Shown: piece by piece, positions 49,126 through 63,323 of the stretch | Numbering within the stretch: position 1 is the stretch's first letter | Layout: each line of letters opens with the position of its first letter | NCBI RefSeq assembly: GCF_006345805.1 | Contig: NC_043006.1 | Coordinates: forward strand, 48,112,001-48,176,000 | Reading direction: 5' to 3' | Source: Octopus sinensis | Taxonomy: Eukaryota | Length of the DNA: 64,000 bases | Program-made: the position numbers and the translations under genes | Notes under the pieces: generated by a model | Databases searched by the model: none | What the model saw: the letters and a program-made list of their open reading frames with translations, nothing else | What the model was told of the DNA's origin: nothing

Positions 49126-51184
49126 TCGAAGTTGCATTATCAAAAGTGAGGAGGGGAATAAATGAGGATAGATGAAGTGAATTACATAAGATGTTAGGTC
49201 ATCGCAGATGGGAGATCCAGTGTGAAGATTTTGTGTTACTCAGCCAGGTGGAATTTATCTCATCAAGTTTAATTTATGGAAATATGTGAAACTAGCATTG
49301 TTAATTGCTAATCATTTCTTAGATATGCAATGTTGACGTTGCTTATAGTGGTAATTTGTGTTCACTCATCGTAGCTGTTTCCGTATAACTGCTAAGGATG
49401 AAAGGAGAGTTAAATGGATTTACTACAAGTAGCACGAAAGGATTGGAAAATAAATATGGATCTTCGACACTTTAGTTGGCAGTCGGTCAAGCAGGTTATC
49501 GACTACATTTACTACTGTGGTCGAAGATCAGAACACAATTAGAAAATATATAGTGCATTTTCTAATTATTACTGGTTAAAGAGAGGAATGTGAGGTAAAT
49601 ATATCAGAGAATGTTTGTGCACGAGTTTGGGTGGAAGCAGTAATGTGTGTGTATGTGTGAAGTATGCGTGTATTTGTGTGCACGTACGCTGGCCAGAGAG
49701 TTGTCGTTAATATATATGTCAGTGTAAGTCTATGACAAATACCTTAGTCCTTCTCTTTGAGGCGCTCAGTAAAAAAGGGAGAATGTGTAGGTGTGGGTAA
49801 AACTGTGCTTTGAGAGTGGTAATGTGTGGATGAGTCTGTGTTCGAAGAGGGACGTGGGAGTGAGAAGTATGGGGTTAGATTTTCAATGAAGAAAAGGAAG
49901 AAAGCAAAAGTTGGATGCTGAAGAATGGTAGATTTATAACTGAGAAAATGAAAGAAAATTGTGTGAGATTTGACGTGTGCGAATAAATGACAGTATGTCA
50001 TTTAAGTATTTGTGGCGGTCTCCATACGTATTAAGAAACACATTAACCCTACAAATGTAATTTGACCCTAACCTAAGCTAATTTCTTCCATGCAAGGAGA
50101 AATATTATAGGAGAAATTAGCTTTATAGACAATATTAGACAAGATTCAGTATAATGAAACGAGGTAGGGAAATAAGAAAGCTAAAATAACTGATGATATT
50201 AATGTCAGTCATTAATGAAAGTACAGCTCAGACAAATGCTTAAAGGAATTTAGTAAGACTAAAAAGCTATGAGTTTTGTTTAATGAACAGATTTTGCAAT
50301 AGTACAGATTTGAGAAAGAAAAGAAACTAATGGAGCCGCTAGCTATCATAAAAGAACGGTTAGGTTGGAGAATAGAGCGGTTTTCCCTCGACAGACGACC
50401 AGACATGTTGCGATGGTGAATGGGGCAGTTAGAATGTTATAGGGCACATATGCAGTGAAATCAAAGAAAAGGCGGCGAAGCATTTGGCAAATAAGCCCAT
50501 AAAGATGAATATAGAAAAAGTAAAAATCGTTAATCAATAATTGCTAATTATAGAGAGCAGACAAAGAAATAAACTAATGCCAGGAATGGCAAACATTACG
50601 TCTTAGACGATTAATCAGGCTATGGCCATACTTTTGGAATCACTACGATGAATGGACTTTTGTAGGTAGAAATGTCAAAGAAAGAAATGAATGTTGTATA
50701 GTGTAGAGTATATATCAGTTCTACTCCAATGATCGGTTTATATGTCGCAGCCAAGATATACAAACCTCTGGGAAAGAAGGCATTTGGAAAACAGAAAATA
50801 ATTAAGAACATCAAAAGATCATTCACATAAGTTATTAACTGAGATTTATACACACTCTCGGTTCACGTAATTAAAGAAATATTTATAATACAGACGTAAT
50901 TAACTTGCTAAAGGTTAGACAAGGTCAAACAGTACATTAAATATCCTTCTGTTTATTTTCTATAGAAATTATACGATAATCGTTAATGTACGCCATGAGT
51001 AGCCTTGGCCGTTGGGCGACTATGTATAATAGAGTATTGTGTTGTTGTCGTAATAATTATCAATGCTTACCAGCTATTTTATCATGCAATCACTATTGTA
51101 AATATCAACATCGTGCTATGATTTGTGTTATTATTATCTTTATTATTTTTAATGCAGAGAAGACATCAAAACATTCCATTTTTA

Positions 51185-51432
<248 letters not shown>

Positions 51433-53052
51433 AATATGCAATCGATGTTTTACCTTTGGTCAGATGTGATTCTAAACGATGAATGGCCTTCATAATCTGC
51501 CGATTTAGCGATTTTATTTCGGTAGCTTGATGGAGAAAAGCTTTCATTCTATCATGAAAACAATTGCAGGAATGTTCAGGTCGTCGTTGCGAAACCTCAA
51601 GGATTTTTTTTTTTTTTTTTTCAAAATAAACCACTAAAATAAATGTTAAAAGGAATAAAATGATGACAGAATGAGGAAGCGCACGAAACCACAAAACGCT
51701 CTGGAAAAGAGATGTACGCAATAAAATGCTTAACATGATGATTGTTAACATGACATAACTCTATAAATGCTTCCATACTTTATCTGATATATTTATATAT
51801 GCAGTTGGATGTATGTTTATTGTGTGTGTTTAGGTGTGTGTGTGTGTAGGTGTGTGTGTGTAGGTGTGTACCTGTGTTTTGCAGTACAAGTTCACGCACA
51901 GAAACACACATAAATATCGATATCGTACAATTATTTGTATTATTATCTTTATCTCCGAATCCATATCTAAAACTAGCTCTTTCTCTCTCTCTCTCACTCT
52001 CTCCTTTCTCTCTCTCTCTTTCTCTCACTCTTTCTCTCCCCTCTCTCTCTTTCTCTACCCCTCTCTCTTCCTCTACTTCTCTCTTTTCTCTCTTCCTCTT
52101 TCCTTTCTTAGTTTCTCTTTCTCTCTCTATATATATGTATGTATATGTATATATATATATATATATATACAATATATATGTATATATACAATATATATTT
52201 ATATATATATTATATGTATATAAATATATATATATACATAATATATATGCATATATAAATATATATATATATATAATGTATGTATATACATAATATATAT
52301 ATGTACACATATATGTATGTATATATATATATGAATATGTGCATATATATATACACAATTATATATATATACATACATAAGTGTGTGTGCGTGTTTGTGT
52401 GTGTACGCGTACACGTGTGTGCATGTATCTGAGCGTTTATGTATGCGTTTGTGTGCGCGAGTATGTCGCGTGAGTATGTCTGTGCACCATATAATTTCCA
52501 TCCTTGTATTCTACGAATTACCAAAGTGCATTACTCTTTTATGTATAATGTAAAACATGACGACGAACATAAACCATATGACTACAATTCTGCGCATGTC
52601 GATGCAGAATAAGAGAATAGTGAAATACACTGTGGGATATCAAATTGTGCTAAGTGGAATAGGACGATTTGCAATTTGAGAGTCTTCACACCGTGTAAAG
52701 GCACAGATACTAGTATCAAAGTATTCCACCCCTCCGGCTATTGTTGCAATGCATAATGCCTTATAGAAACTCGGTCTGTCTGTTTACATAGAATGAAATG
52801 ACAGACTTAAAGGTTTATTGCGTAACTGAGTATATTTTGTGGGGGGGGGATAAGCATATGTAACTATATATAAGTGTGTGTGTGTGAGTGAATGTATGCG
52901 TGTGTATGCGTGTGTATGTGTGTATACACGCACACAAGCACACGCACACACATATATACAGTCAAGCAGATACTCAAATAGACAAACATTCACAAAGAGA
53001 TGTTACACACACACACAAACACATATATATATATACGCATACACATATATAT

Positions 53053-53113
<61 letters not shown>

Positions 53114-53447
53114 CATACATATATACATACATATATATATACATATACATGTATGTGTGTTCGTCTATGTGTGTGTTGTGTTTGCGTGTCTGTTTTTTCT
53201 CTGTACAGGTATATATTTATGTATGTATGTATGTATGTATGTATGCATATATGTATGTATGCATGCATGTATATACGTATATATGCATGTATGTACATGC
53301 GTAAATATAAACAGACACGTACATACACACGAATATGGTGAGATACGGAAAGAAGGAGAGACATGCATAATTCATGTATAAATAAATATACGTAATATGC
53401 ACGCGCGTAAGCCAGTGTGTCATTGTGTTCATGCTGCATGTGTGTGC

Positions 53448-53484
<37 letters not shown>

Positions 53485-53784
53485 GGGAATACCTTATGTG
53501 TATATGCGTTGTGAAGTTTTGCTTTGCTCGCCTGGTTTCATGAGAAGTGCTTCCACGTAAATGAAACTGACATTGTTGCAGAGATCTATTCGATTCACCA
53601 AAACTGATATACTTATTCCCAACACAATCTTCGGTAGCATTTTGCGAGATAAAATGCAATGCATATTTTATTGTTTTTTTTTTATATTCAGTTTGTTGTT
53701 GTTGACTTTTTTTATTCAATAGACAATGTGTGTGTTGAAGAAAAATTAGATAAATCACAACACGCAGATCAAGATATATAAAAA

Positions 53785-53807
53785 TGGTAATAATAGCAAT
53801 AATAATG

Positions 53808-53886
<79 letters not shown>

Positions 53887-53903
53887 TAATAATAATAATA
53901 ATA
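53785..53903. repeat. (AAT)n array
   Basis: Seen directly. Confidence 0.98.
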
Positions 53904-54429
53904 AACCGGGAACACACATTAAGAATTATAATTTCGATTAAGGATGGAATATTTTCACATATTATCATTACATATAAACGAAAGTTAGGGGTTTGCGTGC
54001 TGTAGTAACATGCAAAGGCAGATAAACAATTAACGACGAATGCGAGCGGATATTAAGAAAGACATACATCTAAATGCAATATTCCGAAAGGTTTCGGTTC
54101 TGTTTCGAAATTAAGGATTTCCTTATTGAATAAATAAGGAACAATACTTTTACAACAATTGGATTCAGGTGTACATGCTGTGACTGTTTATATAGGGAAT
54201 GTTGAATATAAACAGAAACACACATAGACAACAAAACAAAGGAACACAAACGTATATATATGCACATAGAGGCATATACACAGGTAAATATATATCATTT
54301 AGATGATATTACATTTATCTGTTGAGTTATTCATCTCCATAAATCATGGATGTGTTGATATGTTTCACTATGGTTACAAACAAACACATACATTTATATA
54401 TACATATGTTAAAATATACGCATTGAAGC

Positions 54430-54475
54430 AAACTGAGAGATATGCACAGAAATATGCACTTATATATATGTATAT

Positions 54476-54509
<34 letters not shown>

Positions 54510-54783
54510 CATACATACATACATACATACACATATATGCATATATATTATATATATATTCATACAGACATACATATATACACATACGTATATACATATA
54601 AATATATGTAGGTATATATATATATACACATATATATATATATATATAATATATATATGTATATATGTATATACATATATATATGTATGTATATATGTAT
54701 GTATATATGTATGCATATATATGTATATATATATGTATATATATGTAAATATATATGTATATATATGTATGTAGGAATGTATG

Positions 54784-54836
<53 letters not shown>

Positions 54837-54866
54837 TTATATATATGTGTGTATGTATATATACAA

Positions 54867-54921
<55 letters not shown>

Positions 54922-54930
54922 TGTGTTTGT
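54430..54930. repeat. Long compound (TA)n/(TATG)n tract
   Basis: Seen directly. Confidence 0.97.
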
Positions 54931-55676
54931 GTTTGAGCAAATGTAAACCTTATTCCTTCATCATTTATCGACAGGAAATCACCACAATATCACCACCTGC
55001 CTTCCGCTTTATCTATCTTATTTATTTACCTATATCTCTTTCCGTCTCACAACTATGTGCTTTCATTGCCGTGCAACCAGTGTTTCCTTTATTCCTCAAT
55101 GTTCGTACCTTTGTAAATTACAACGGAATTATATTTCTTATCCATCCATTCACCTTCCAACCGCATCGTTTTCCAGGTTTTACTATCTACCACCTTCTCT
55201 CGGTATCTATCATCCTCTCTCCGTTTTGGTTTTTCTCGACTACAACTCGCTTTTACTTTTTGACCATCATCTCTCTTTCACTCTCTTTCCCACTACTCTA
55301 CAACCATAATGTGACTCGCACCGTAATCCCTCTTCCTTTCTCAGTATACTGCCTTCTCTCTGTTTTCCTTGTTGCTTCAACATCACCTCTCACCTTCCAT
55401 ACTTCTCTCTCCCAATTCTCTGGTACTGTCTTTGAATTCTCTCCATTTTCATAAAGTATCATCCTTGCCCTTTCAGTAAACTACCTAGAAACGTCTCTCT
55501 GCCTCTCTTTCTTTCTCTCTCTCTCTCTCCTTCTTCTTCTCCTCTCATACTCAATCCATTAGTTTCTTTTTCAAAAGCGATAAAGAGCATCAACGTCAGT
55601 GATTTACTTACACAATGTTCTAAAATTTAGCTTATATATTTCTAAAGTTTAATATCATTATTTTCTTACTCGTTTA

Positions 55677-55872
55677 ATGCGGCGAGCTGACAGAATCGTT
55701 AGCACGCTGGACAATATTCTTAAGTGTTTCGCCTGTCGCAACGTTGTGAGTTCAAATTCCGCAGATGTCGCTTTTGCCTTTCGTCCTTTTAGGGTCGATA
55801 AATTAAGTACTAGTAATCGGTAATCTCCCATCCCCAAATTCCAGGTTTTGTGTCTATAGTAGACAGGAGTAA
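55677..55872 (+). mobile_element. Type M SINE
   Basis: GCGGCGAGCTGACAGAATCGTTAGCACGC head and central motif. Confidence 0.82.
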
Positions 55873-56034
55873 TTTCTTACTCGTTTCTTTTTGTACATTT
55901 TCCGTGATTATTATTTTTTTACTTTTACAAGACTTGTCATAAACTTAAGGTTTCGATTAATAAACTCAGCGTCCTAGACATTGGCTGTGATAAATATAGG
56001 AATATAAATAACAGCAGCAGTTGCAGCAGTAGTG

Positions 56035-56092
<58 letters not shown>

Positions 56093-57492
56093 TAGTAGTA
56101 TAGTAGTAGTAGTAGTATTTTTTCTAGTTGGTGTTTAAATTGAGACTGTCTAGAATTGTAACCCAAAGTTTGCTAATGTCACAGATTTCAGATGTTTGCA
56201 GTTAGCTAAACGTTTGAATATTAAGTACGTTGTATCCTGATTATGATTGACGCAAATATGAATTTACGAACTATTGACACATCCCACTTTTTGCCTTCTC
56301 AGACATCGTCTAATCCGTCTACGAGCTCAATAGATTTTCGCATTGGAGCTTATGCCATTTTGCAAATAGTAACTCATTACGAAGGAGTATTTTGCAAATA
56401 GTATATTTGTCGACTTAATCTGGAGGACGAAGAACTGTGTCCGTCACATGACGATTTATAGGGATCCTGAGACTGATATGTAAGAGAAAAATGGGAGATT
56501 ATTCTCAGACGGTACTCTTTAGCCGATTGCTTTCAAGAAAAAGGGTCTTGTTGTGATGTTAAACCACGTGATGGGTAATGTATTCTAATCAAATACAGGA
56601 GTATTTACGCCAATGAGATATCACTTATGTCTGCTACATTTCATTCACAATACTTTGGTAAATTCCTTAAGATGACATTTTGGAAACGGCATACTGTTGG
56701 ATAATACGCTAAAAAAGCGCATCATTAGGTGGGCTTTTAACCGTGGTTGCTCTGTGGGGAGGACATTCTGAGATAGAATATTTTCTTTATATTCTTCAGT
56801 TTACGATGATACCGCTGATAGCTAGCAAAGTTATCTTTGAAATTATCAACAAAATTGATTGCCTATATACTGTCATTTCATTTTTCTATAAGCTTGATTT
56901 ATTTGCTCCCTAGTGCCTAGAGTAAATAGTTATTTATTTTCACAAATATAAGACCTTCCGCGTATTTTACTACTCGTATTTATAAACAATATTTTGCAAC
57001 AAACACAACGTTGAAAGTTCTTCAGTGGAAACCTAAAATATTTTAGATCTACACTGATGGCGTTTCCTGGCATACGTTGCCATCATTTGAGAAAAAATCA
57101 CACAGCATGCAACTAAGCTTTTACATAATTTCTATGATAGTAACTAGACGCAGACTTGGGGTGGTTAAGAGATTTGCTTGTCAATAATAGTGTTACGGAT
57201 TCGATTGATTTGCTTGATCCCTACTATATGAATGATCTCGAATATTGTTGAAGTAAATATGGGGGATGTATTCTGTGTGGAAGTTAATTGGAATGGGTGA
57301 ATCTGAAAGGTAGAGTGCCAGCCCAACAACCACAGTAGCACATCAATTTTAGCGCAAAATTAGGTTCAGTTGCGTATGCAATGGAATTCTAAGCTACATA
57401 AACCATGAGATGTTCGTCCATTTAACGGAACAACCGGAACACAGATCATCAAAAACGAGGGAGAATCAATAAATGTCAGTATCAATTTAGTA

Positions 57493-58126
57493 CTTATTTT
57501 TTTATTGCCCACAAGGAGATAAACATAGAGGAGACAAACAAGGACAGGCAAATGGATTAAGTCGATTATATCGACCTCAGTGCGTAACTGGTACTTATTT
57601 AACCGATCCCGAAAGGATGAAAGGCTAAGTCGACCTCGGCGGAATTTGAACTCAGAACGTAACGGCATGCGAAATAGTGCTAAGCATTTCGCCCGGCGTG
57701 CTAACGATTTCTTATTTCTTTACTGCCCACAAAGGGCTAAACATAGAGGGGACAAACAAGGACAGACAAAGGATTAAGTCGATTATATGGACCTCAGTGC
57801 GTAACTGGTACTTATTTTAATTGACACCGAAAGGATGAAAGGCTAAGTCGACCTCGACGGAATTTGAACTCAGAACGTAGCGGCAGACGAAATACTTATT
57901 TCTTTACTACCCACAAGCGGCTAAACACAGAGGGGACAAACAAGGACAGACAAAGGATTAAGTCGATTATATCGACCTCAGTGCGAACTGGTACTTAATT
58001 CATCGACCCCGAAAGGATGAAAAGCAAAGTCGACCTCGGCGGAATTTGAACTCAGAACGTAACGGCAGACGAAATACGGCTACGTATTTCGCCCGGCGTG
58101 CTAACGATTCTGCCAGCTCGCCGCCT
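57493..58126 (-). mobile_element. Head-to-tail trimer of type M SINE units
   Basis: Units start at about 57493, 57712 and 57896; only the last carries the full head (AAGGCGGCGAGCTGGCAGAATCG on the minus strand). Confidence 0.9.
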
Positions 58127-58906
58127 TATCATATTAGTTTTGAAGGCAAGTTTGATTCGGCTCTGCTTCATTCCTATGGTTTTAACTTGTATTTTACAAA
58201 TTATATAATGCATCAAAACCTTCATGAAATACATTCTCTATCAATGAACATCATTTCTATCCCAAATATTCCTCTATCTCCGAAATATTATTTTAAAATA
58301 ATACCCAGATATAAATCTGTGCTGCAACATAACCAAAAGTATATGCGATCTAATGATGAGAAGAATATTAACATCACACAATAATCTTTTCAATAGCTCA
58401 ACCTCCTGAGTGTCTTAACAATAGTATCAATAGAAAATACTCTAAAACATTGAACATGTTATCTAAAGCTGGTTGAAATATATTTCAGGTTCAAAGAAAT
58501 ATCGAATTCAAGTGGGGCAGTGATGGTATTGATGCAAGCTACGACTAGGTTCAATGCAGAATTTTACTGACATTACAAGTGCGCAATACTTTCTGGGGAA
58601 AGGTTAAAACAGTAGACATATGACACTGAAGTTAACAGTAATCAGAAATGACATTGTAGACAAAAATGTAATCAATCATAAACGCATATATCATGCATTT
58701 GAAAATTATGTAAAAATGTTTATTCAGGTACCAGAGATACAACTGCAATTGCAATTATAAAACTTCCTGCAAAAATTTATGACAGGAAATAAAAGGAAAA
58801 TAATTTATTAAAAGTAGGTAAAAAATATTTAATGTAAATAACGATATTTTTCGACATTTGATTCATATATGTAAAACAAAAAGAGGCTTCAGTATATTAC
58901 ATGTTT

Positions 58907-59710
58907 GTAAGGTGGTGAGCTGGGAGAAACATTAGCACGTCGGGTGAAATGTTTAGCGGTATTTCGTCTGCAGCTACGTTCTGAGTTCAAATTTCGCCGA
59001 GGTCGACTTTACCTTTCATCCTTTCGGGGTCGATTAAATAAGTACCAGTTACGCACTGAGGCCGATACAATCGACTTAATCCGTTTGTCTGTCCTTGTTT
59101 GTCATCTCTGTACTTAGCTCCTTGGGGGTAGTATAGAAATAGGTATTTCATCTGTCTTTACGTTCTGATTTCAAATTCCGCCAAGATCGACCTTGCCTTT
59201 CATCCTTTCGGGGTCGACAAATTAAGTGCCAGTTACGCACTGAGGTCGATGTAATCGATTTAATTCCTTTGTTTTTCCTTGTTTGACCCCTCTATGTTTA
59301 GCCCTTTGTGAGCAATAAAGAGATAAGAAACGTTAGCACGCCGGGCGAAATGCTTAACGATATTTCGTCTATCTTTAAGTTCTGAGTTCAAATTCCGCCG
59401 AGGTCGACTTTGCCTTTCATTCTTTCGGGGTCGATAAATTAAGTACCAGTTGCGTACTGGAGTCGATCTAGTTGATTGGCCTCCTCCCCCAAAATTTCGG
59501 GCCTTGTGCCTAGAGTAGAATATAATATATTGCATGTTTTCCATTTTCTCTGTCTTTAAGTTCTGAGCTCGAATTCCGCTTTGGTCTGCTTTGCCTTTCG
59601 TAATTTCGGTGTTGGTAAAATAAGCAGCATTGTGTTGGGCACTGGATTGATTTCACAGTCTTAGTCCTTCCTCCCGAAATTGATGGCTTTGTGCCAAAAT
59701 TTGAAACCAG
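58907..59710 (+). mobile_element. Head-to-tail trimer of type M SINE units plus a fourth partial unit
   Basis: Full head at about 58907; restarts at about 59143 and 59325; extra unit about 59545-59710. Confidence 0.88.
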
Positions 59711-59975
59711 TATATTACATGTTTTGGGGTCATCATCTCAGGAAGAAGAAAAAGTAGAATTTTGCTGCAGTAATATCGCACTCCAGTCTCTAGACAGACT
59801 AAATACTCTGTGAATGAAGTTCTAGTTTGTGATATACTGTGTGGAAGTCCATTGGAATGAGTGAATCTGAAACGTAGAGGGCCAGCCCAGCAACCATTGA
59901 GGCACATTAATTTTAGCGGAAAATTAGGTACAGTGCATATGCACTGGAATTCTAAGCTACTTAAATTAATTACAA

Positions 59976-60268
59976 CCAGAACTATGACCCGGCGTTGCCG
60001 CTTCTAGTGCAAGTGCTTGTTTTGTGCTAAATCCCCTTCTTTGTTTTCGCCTTTCCATCGCATATGTTTATTAACGCGTTTGACTGAGCCTCTGCAGATT
60101 CTGGGTGACTGGGGAAATTAAAAGCTTTTCACGACCACCCTCAGACAGTTTTGAAAGCCCATAGAACATGCGAGCCTTTTACGTGAAAAACTGTGGATTT
60201 GTATAAAGGACACACAGACACACACACACGCAGATACCCAGACATTTTGCCGTTTATATATATAGAGA
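59976..60268 (-). mobile_element. Non-autonomous Helitron-like element, copy 2
   Basis: Minus strand A|TCTCTATATATATAAACGGC ... GGCAACGCCGGGTCATAGTTCTGG|T (CTRR end); termini shared with 932-1452. Confidence 0.72.
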
Positions 60269-61774
60269 TTAGTAAAATGTGTTCTGACTAAAAAGTATAA
60301 TAGATAGATGACAGGGTGAGAAAAAAAGCCACAGGTACAGGAAGCGGGAGTAAGTAACTGAGAAATAAAATAAAATGCTAAGAGCGGAACATACAAGAGA
60401 CAGGTATCAAGTCTCACTGCGTTGTATGCAGTATACCTGAGGCTAGCTTGCATCTTATTCAAGACGTTTCATTGCGTAATACAATATCTGTGTATTGTTT
60501 CCAAAACCAACTTATGTATATCATTTTAAGTATTGTTAGAAAATCGGCCTTGTGGTAATGCAACGAATAATCAGCCCTCAGCCATTGTCTTAATTCTGTT
60601 ACATATCACTGAACAACAGCTTCGCACGTAAATTTTATTCCATCGTTGGGCTGACTACTCGAATTAATTGTGGCCGAGGGTCGAAGGAAAGGAATAGCCC
60701 AGTGGACACATTCTCTCGCATTGTGATACCCCTTACTTCTTCTCTCAGTTGATCACAGAAATATGATAGAATGATCGGATTAAGCTAATTTGGAATGTTT
60801 CGCACGTTAATCGCCATTTTGAATTGACACTGATGTGGAGAAGTTTTCGAAAAGCGACGTTGAATACTTATGGAAGATTGCATTCAGTGAAAACTATATG
60901 CAAACAATTAGATTTGGAATGCCTTTAAGTGGAGCTACTTTGCTGTAGCAAATTTTTACTTGAGGCATTGCTGTCAAATTCAATGCTTTCGTACGGACAT
61001 CCGTTCATTCAACTGTTTTCTGTGTTTTGCTTTGAAAGAATATAGCAGATGTTGAGAGTCTGTGATTGCTGGGAGGTTGAAACAAGTGGCAGAGGACAAG
61101 CATTCTACTTAATCGCGATAAGGGAATGTGTGAGTCAAAGGAGAAACGGACTATAAAGCTCAGTAAGAAAGAAAAAAAAGATAATATAATTTCGTGTGTG
61201 TGTGTGCGTGTGTATGCGTGTGTGCACGTCTGTGCATGTTTCATAGTTTATTTTGCTAAGGAGTGAGATTATACTTTCCTGTATTTATTTTCCACGAGAA
61301 GTAACGAAGCTATAACTTTAATCTGAATAGCTTCGCTTCCAGTTTAACAATGTACTAAACAAAACAATGTATTTATGTTGACTAATGCCAAGGGATATTT
61401 ACGTAGGAACGAGTTTCAATAGCTAGCATAGTCCTCAGAGAAACCCATTTGAACTAGCTTCGGATGTGTAACATCCACTCACATCATGGAATGACTTATT
61501 TATTATATCCTCATATATGATTGTTTTTAGTCAACGAGCAACGTCCATGAAGGGACATCACCTTTAGTCGATTATTCCGACCTCTACTATCTTGAATGAT
61601 GTTTATTATATTGTCATCAGAAATAGGGAATACATAATCGCAATGAACGGGATTTTAATTGTCTCCGCCTACCCAGCTTCCACTAGAGGGGTTTTTTTTT
61701 TTTTTGGTAAGTAGATACTGCACAGTGGAATTGAGCGAGGAACCATATATTAGAATCACTAAATAATTGTAATG

Positions 61775-61925
61775 GTTACAAATTTTGGCACAAAGCCAGC
61801 AATTTCTGTGGCGGCATAAATCGATTACATCGATTCAAGTCCTTAATTTATCGACATCGAAATGATAAAAGCCAGAGTCGAGCTGAGCGGAATTTGAACG
61901 CAAAACATATAGACCGACTAAATAC
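61775..61925 (-). mobile_element. Degenerate type M SINE
   Basis: AAATTTTGGCACAAAGCCAGCAATTT...GCGGAATTTGAAC. Confidence 0.7.
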
Positions 61926-62682
61926 TTATATTGTAAAATAAAAACATGTGGCTACAGTTCCCACTCATGTGGAAAGAATTTTTAAGTAATGCTAGGAAAA
62001 TACATTTTGCTACATGTTTCTCCCATATTTCATTTTCTTTCTAATTTATAATGAAGGATGATTTCAATAACATTTTTAGATCATCTGAAGTATTATAAGC
62101 TATGTTATTTTTCGCCCAGCATTATTTTCAGTTTATATATTTATCTATTTTTTTAGGATAACTTCTTAATTCAAAAATAATTAGATATATCATACATTCA
62201 ATCAAAAATTCGTACGCAGATCTGAAGAGAATGTGTACAAACCTACATTCCTATAAAATTATCCCATATATTTTGTCAGAGAATAATGTAACATAAATCT
62301 TGTCAGTTCATCGTTTCTTAATTTCTGTTGCTTCTATAATTTGATTTTGGGCTATATTCTGCAACGTATTAGAAGGAAATCGAGTGCATATAGTTATAAT
62401 TACAATATTATAATCGACAGTACCCCTCCTTGAAAATTTCGGGCCTGATGCCTAGAGTAGAAACTAATATTTTAAACATACGTCTTTATAAAACACATTC
62501 ATTAATCTATCGAAAATATATATATACTCCATCGATTATATATAATCTATCAAAAAAAGGCATTTTTTTCGATGGCCTAACAACTGAAGAGATGCCTGCG
62601 TGGGTTTCCACCCCGACATCTGAAACTCGGAGTTTTATCATGGCTACCGAATAATTGTCACAAATTATATTTACAGATACAT

Positions 62683-62793
<111 letters not shown>

Positions 62794-63281
62794 AAGAGAG
62801 AGAGAGAAAGAAAGAGAGAGAGAGAGAGAGAGATCAGAATAAGAAATAGAAAGTCCTTGGTTCAGTGTAATATGTATCTGAAAAAAACGAATAGAAATGG
62901 CGTTTCTGATAATTTTCCCACTTTAATAATAAGATGTTTATATGATAATGGGTGTTTACAAAAGGTAAACACCTAATATCTTACAAACATCTAAGTTTTA
63001 AAGTGGAAAAATTATAAGAAAAGCCATCTCTATTCTGTTTTTCAAATTCTTACATATATACACACATACTTATGCATTCATATATATATGTGTGTGTATG
63101 TGTGTGTATATGTGCGTGTGAATGTGTGTGTGTGTGTATTTGAATGCATAATTAAGATTCAGGTGAATTAGGTACTTAAACTGAGGCACCAAGCCAGTTC
63201 GGTATAGTCCGCGCAGCTCGAAGTTTGGTGAACAAAAAGCAAATAAGTAACAAGGATGTTCAGGTATCCAGGTATATATGA

Positions 63282-63319
<38 letters not shown>

Positions 63320-63323
63320 AACC

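Noticed and set aside
50190-50230. CTGATGA-T-ATTAATG/CATTAAT-GAAA hammerhead-like hairpin
   Set aside because: No stem I, stem III is only 2 bp, and the AT-only stem is likely chance.
50303-50415. 113-nt exon candidate YRFEKEKKLMEPLAIIKERLGW...
   Set aside because: Moderate acceptor; could equally be a decayed retroelement C-terminus; unresolvable without a search.
54657-55454. 265-aa ORF
   Set aside because: A TA microsatellite followed by pyrimidine-rich low-complexity DNA in which stops are depleted by composition.
56303-56368. 66-nt exon candidate TSSNPSTSSIDFRIGAYAILQI
   Set aside because: Weak donor and no homology recognised.
57493-59710. Regularly spaced repeats as a CRISPR-like array
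   Set aside because: Units are 180-220-bp SINE bodies with no unique spacers, the context is eukaryotic and there are no cas genes.
61405-61440. Minus-strand CTGAGGA...GAAACTCGTT motif
   Set aside because: Stem II and stem I do not pair.
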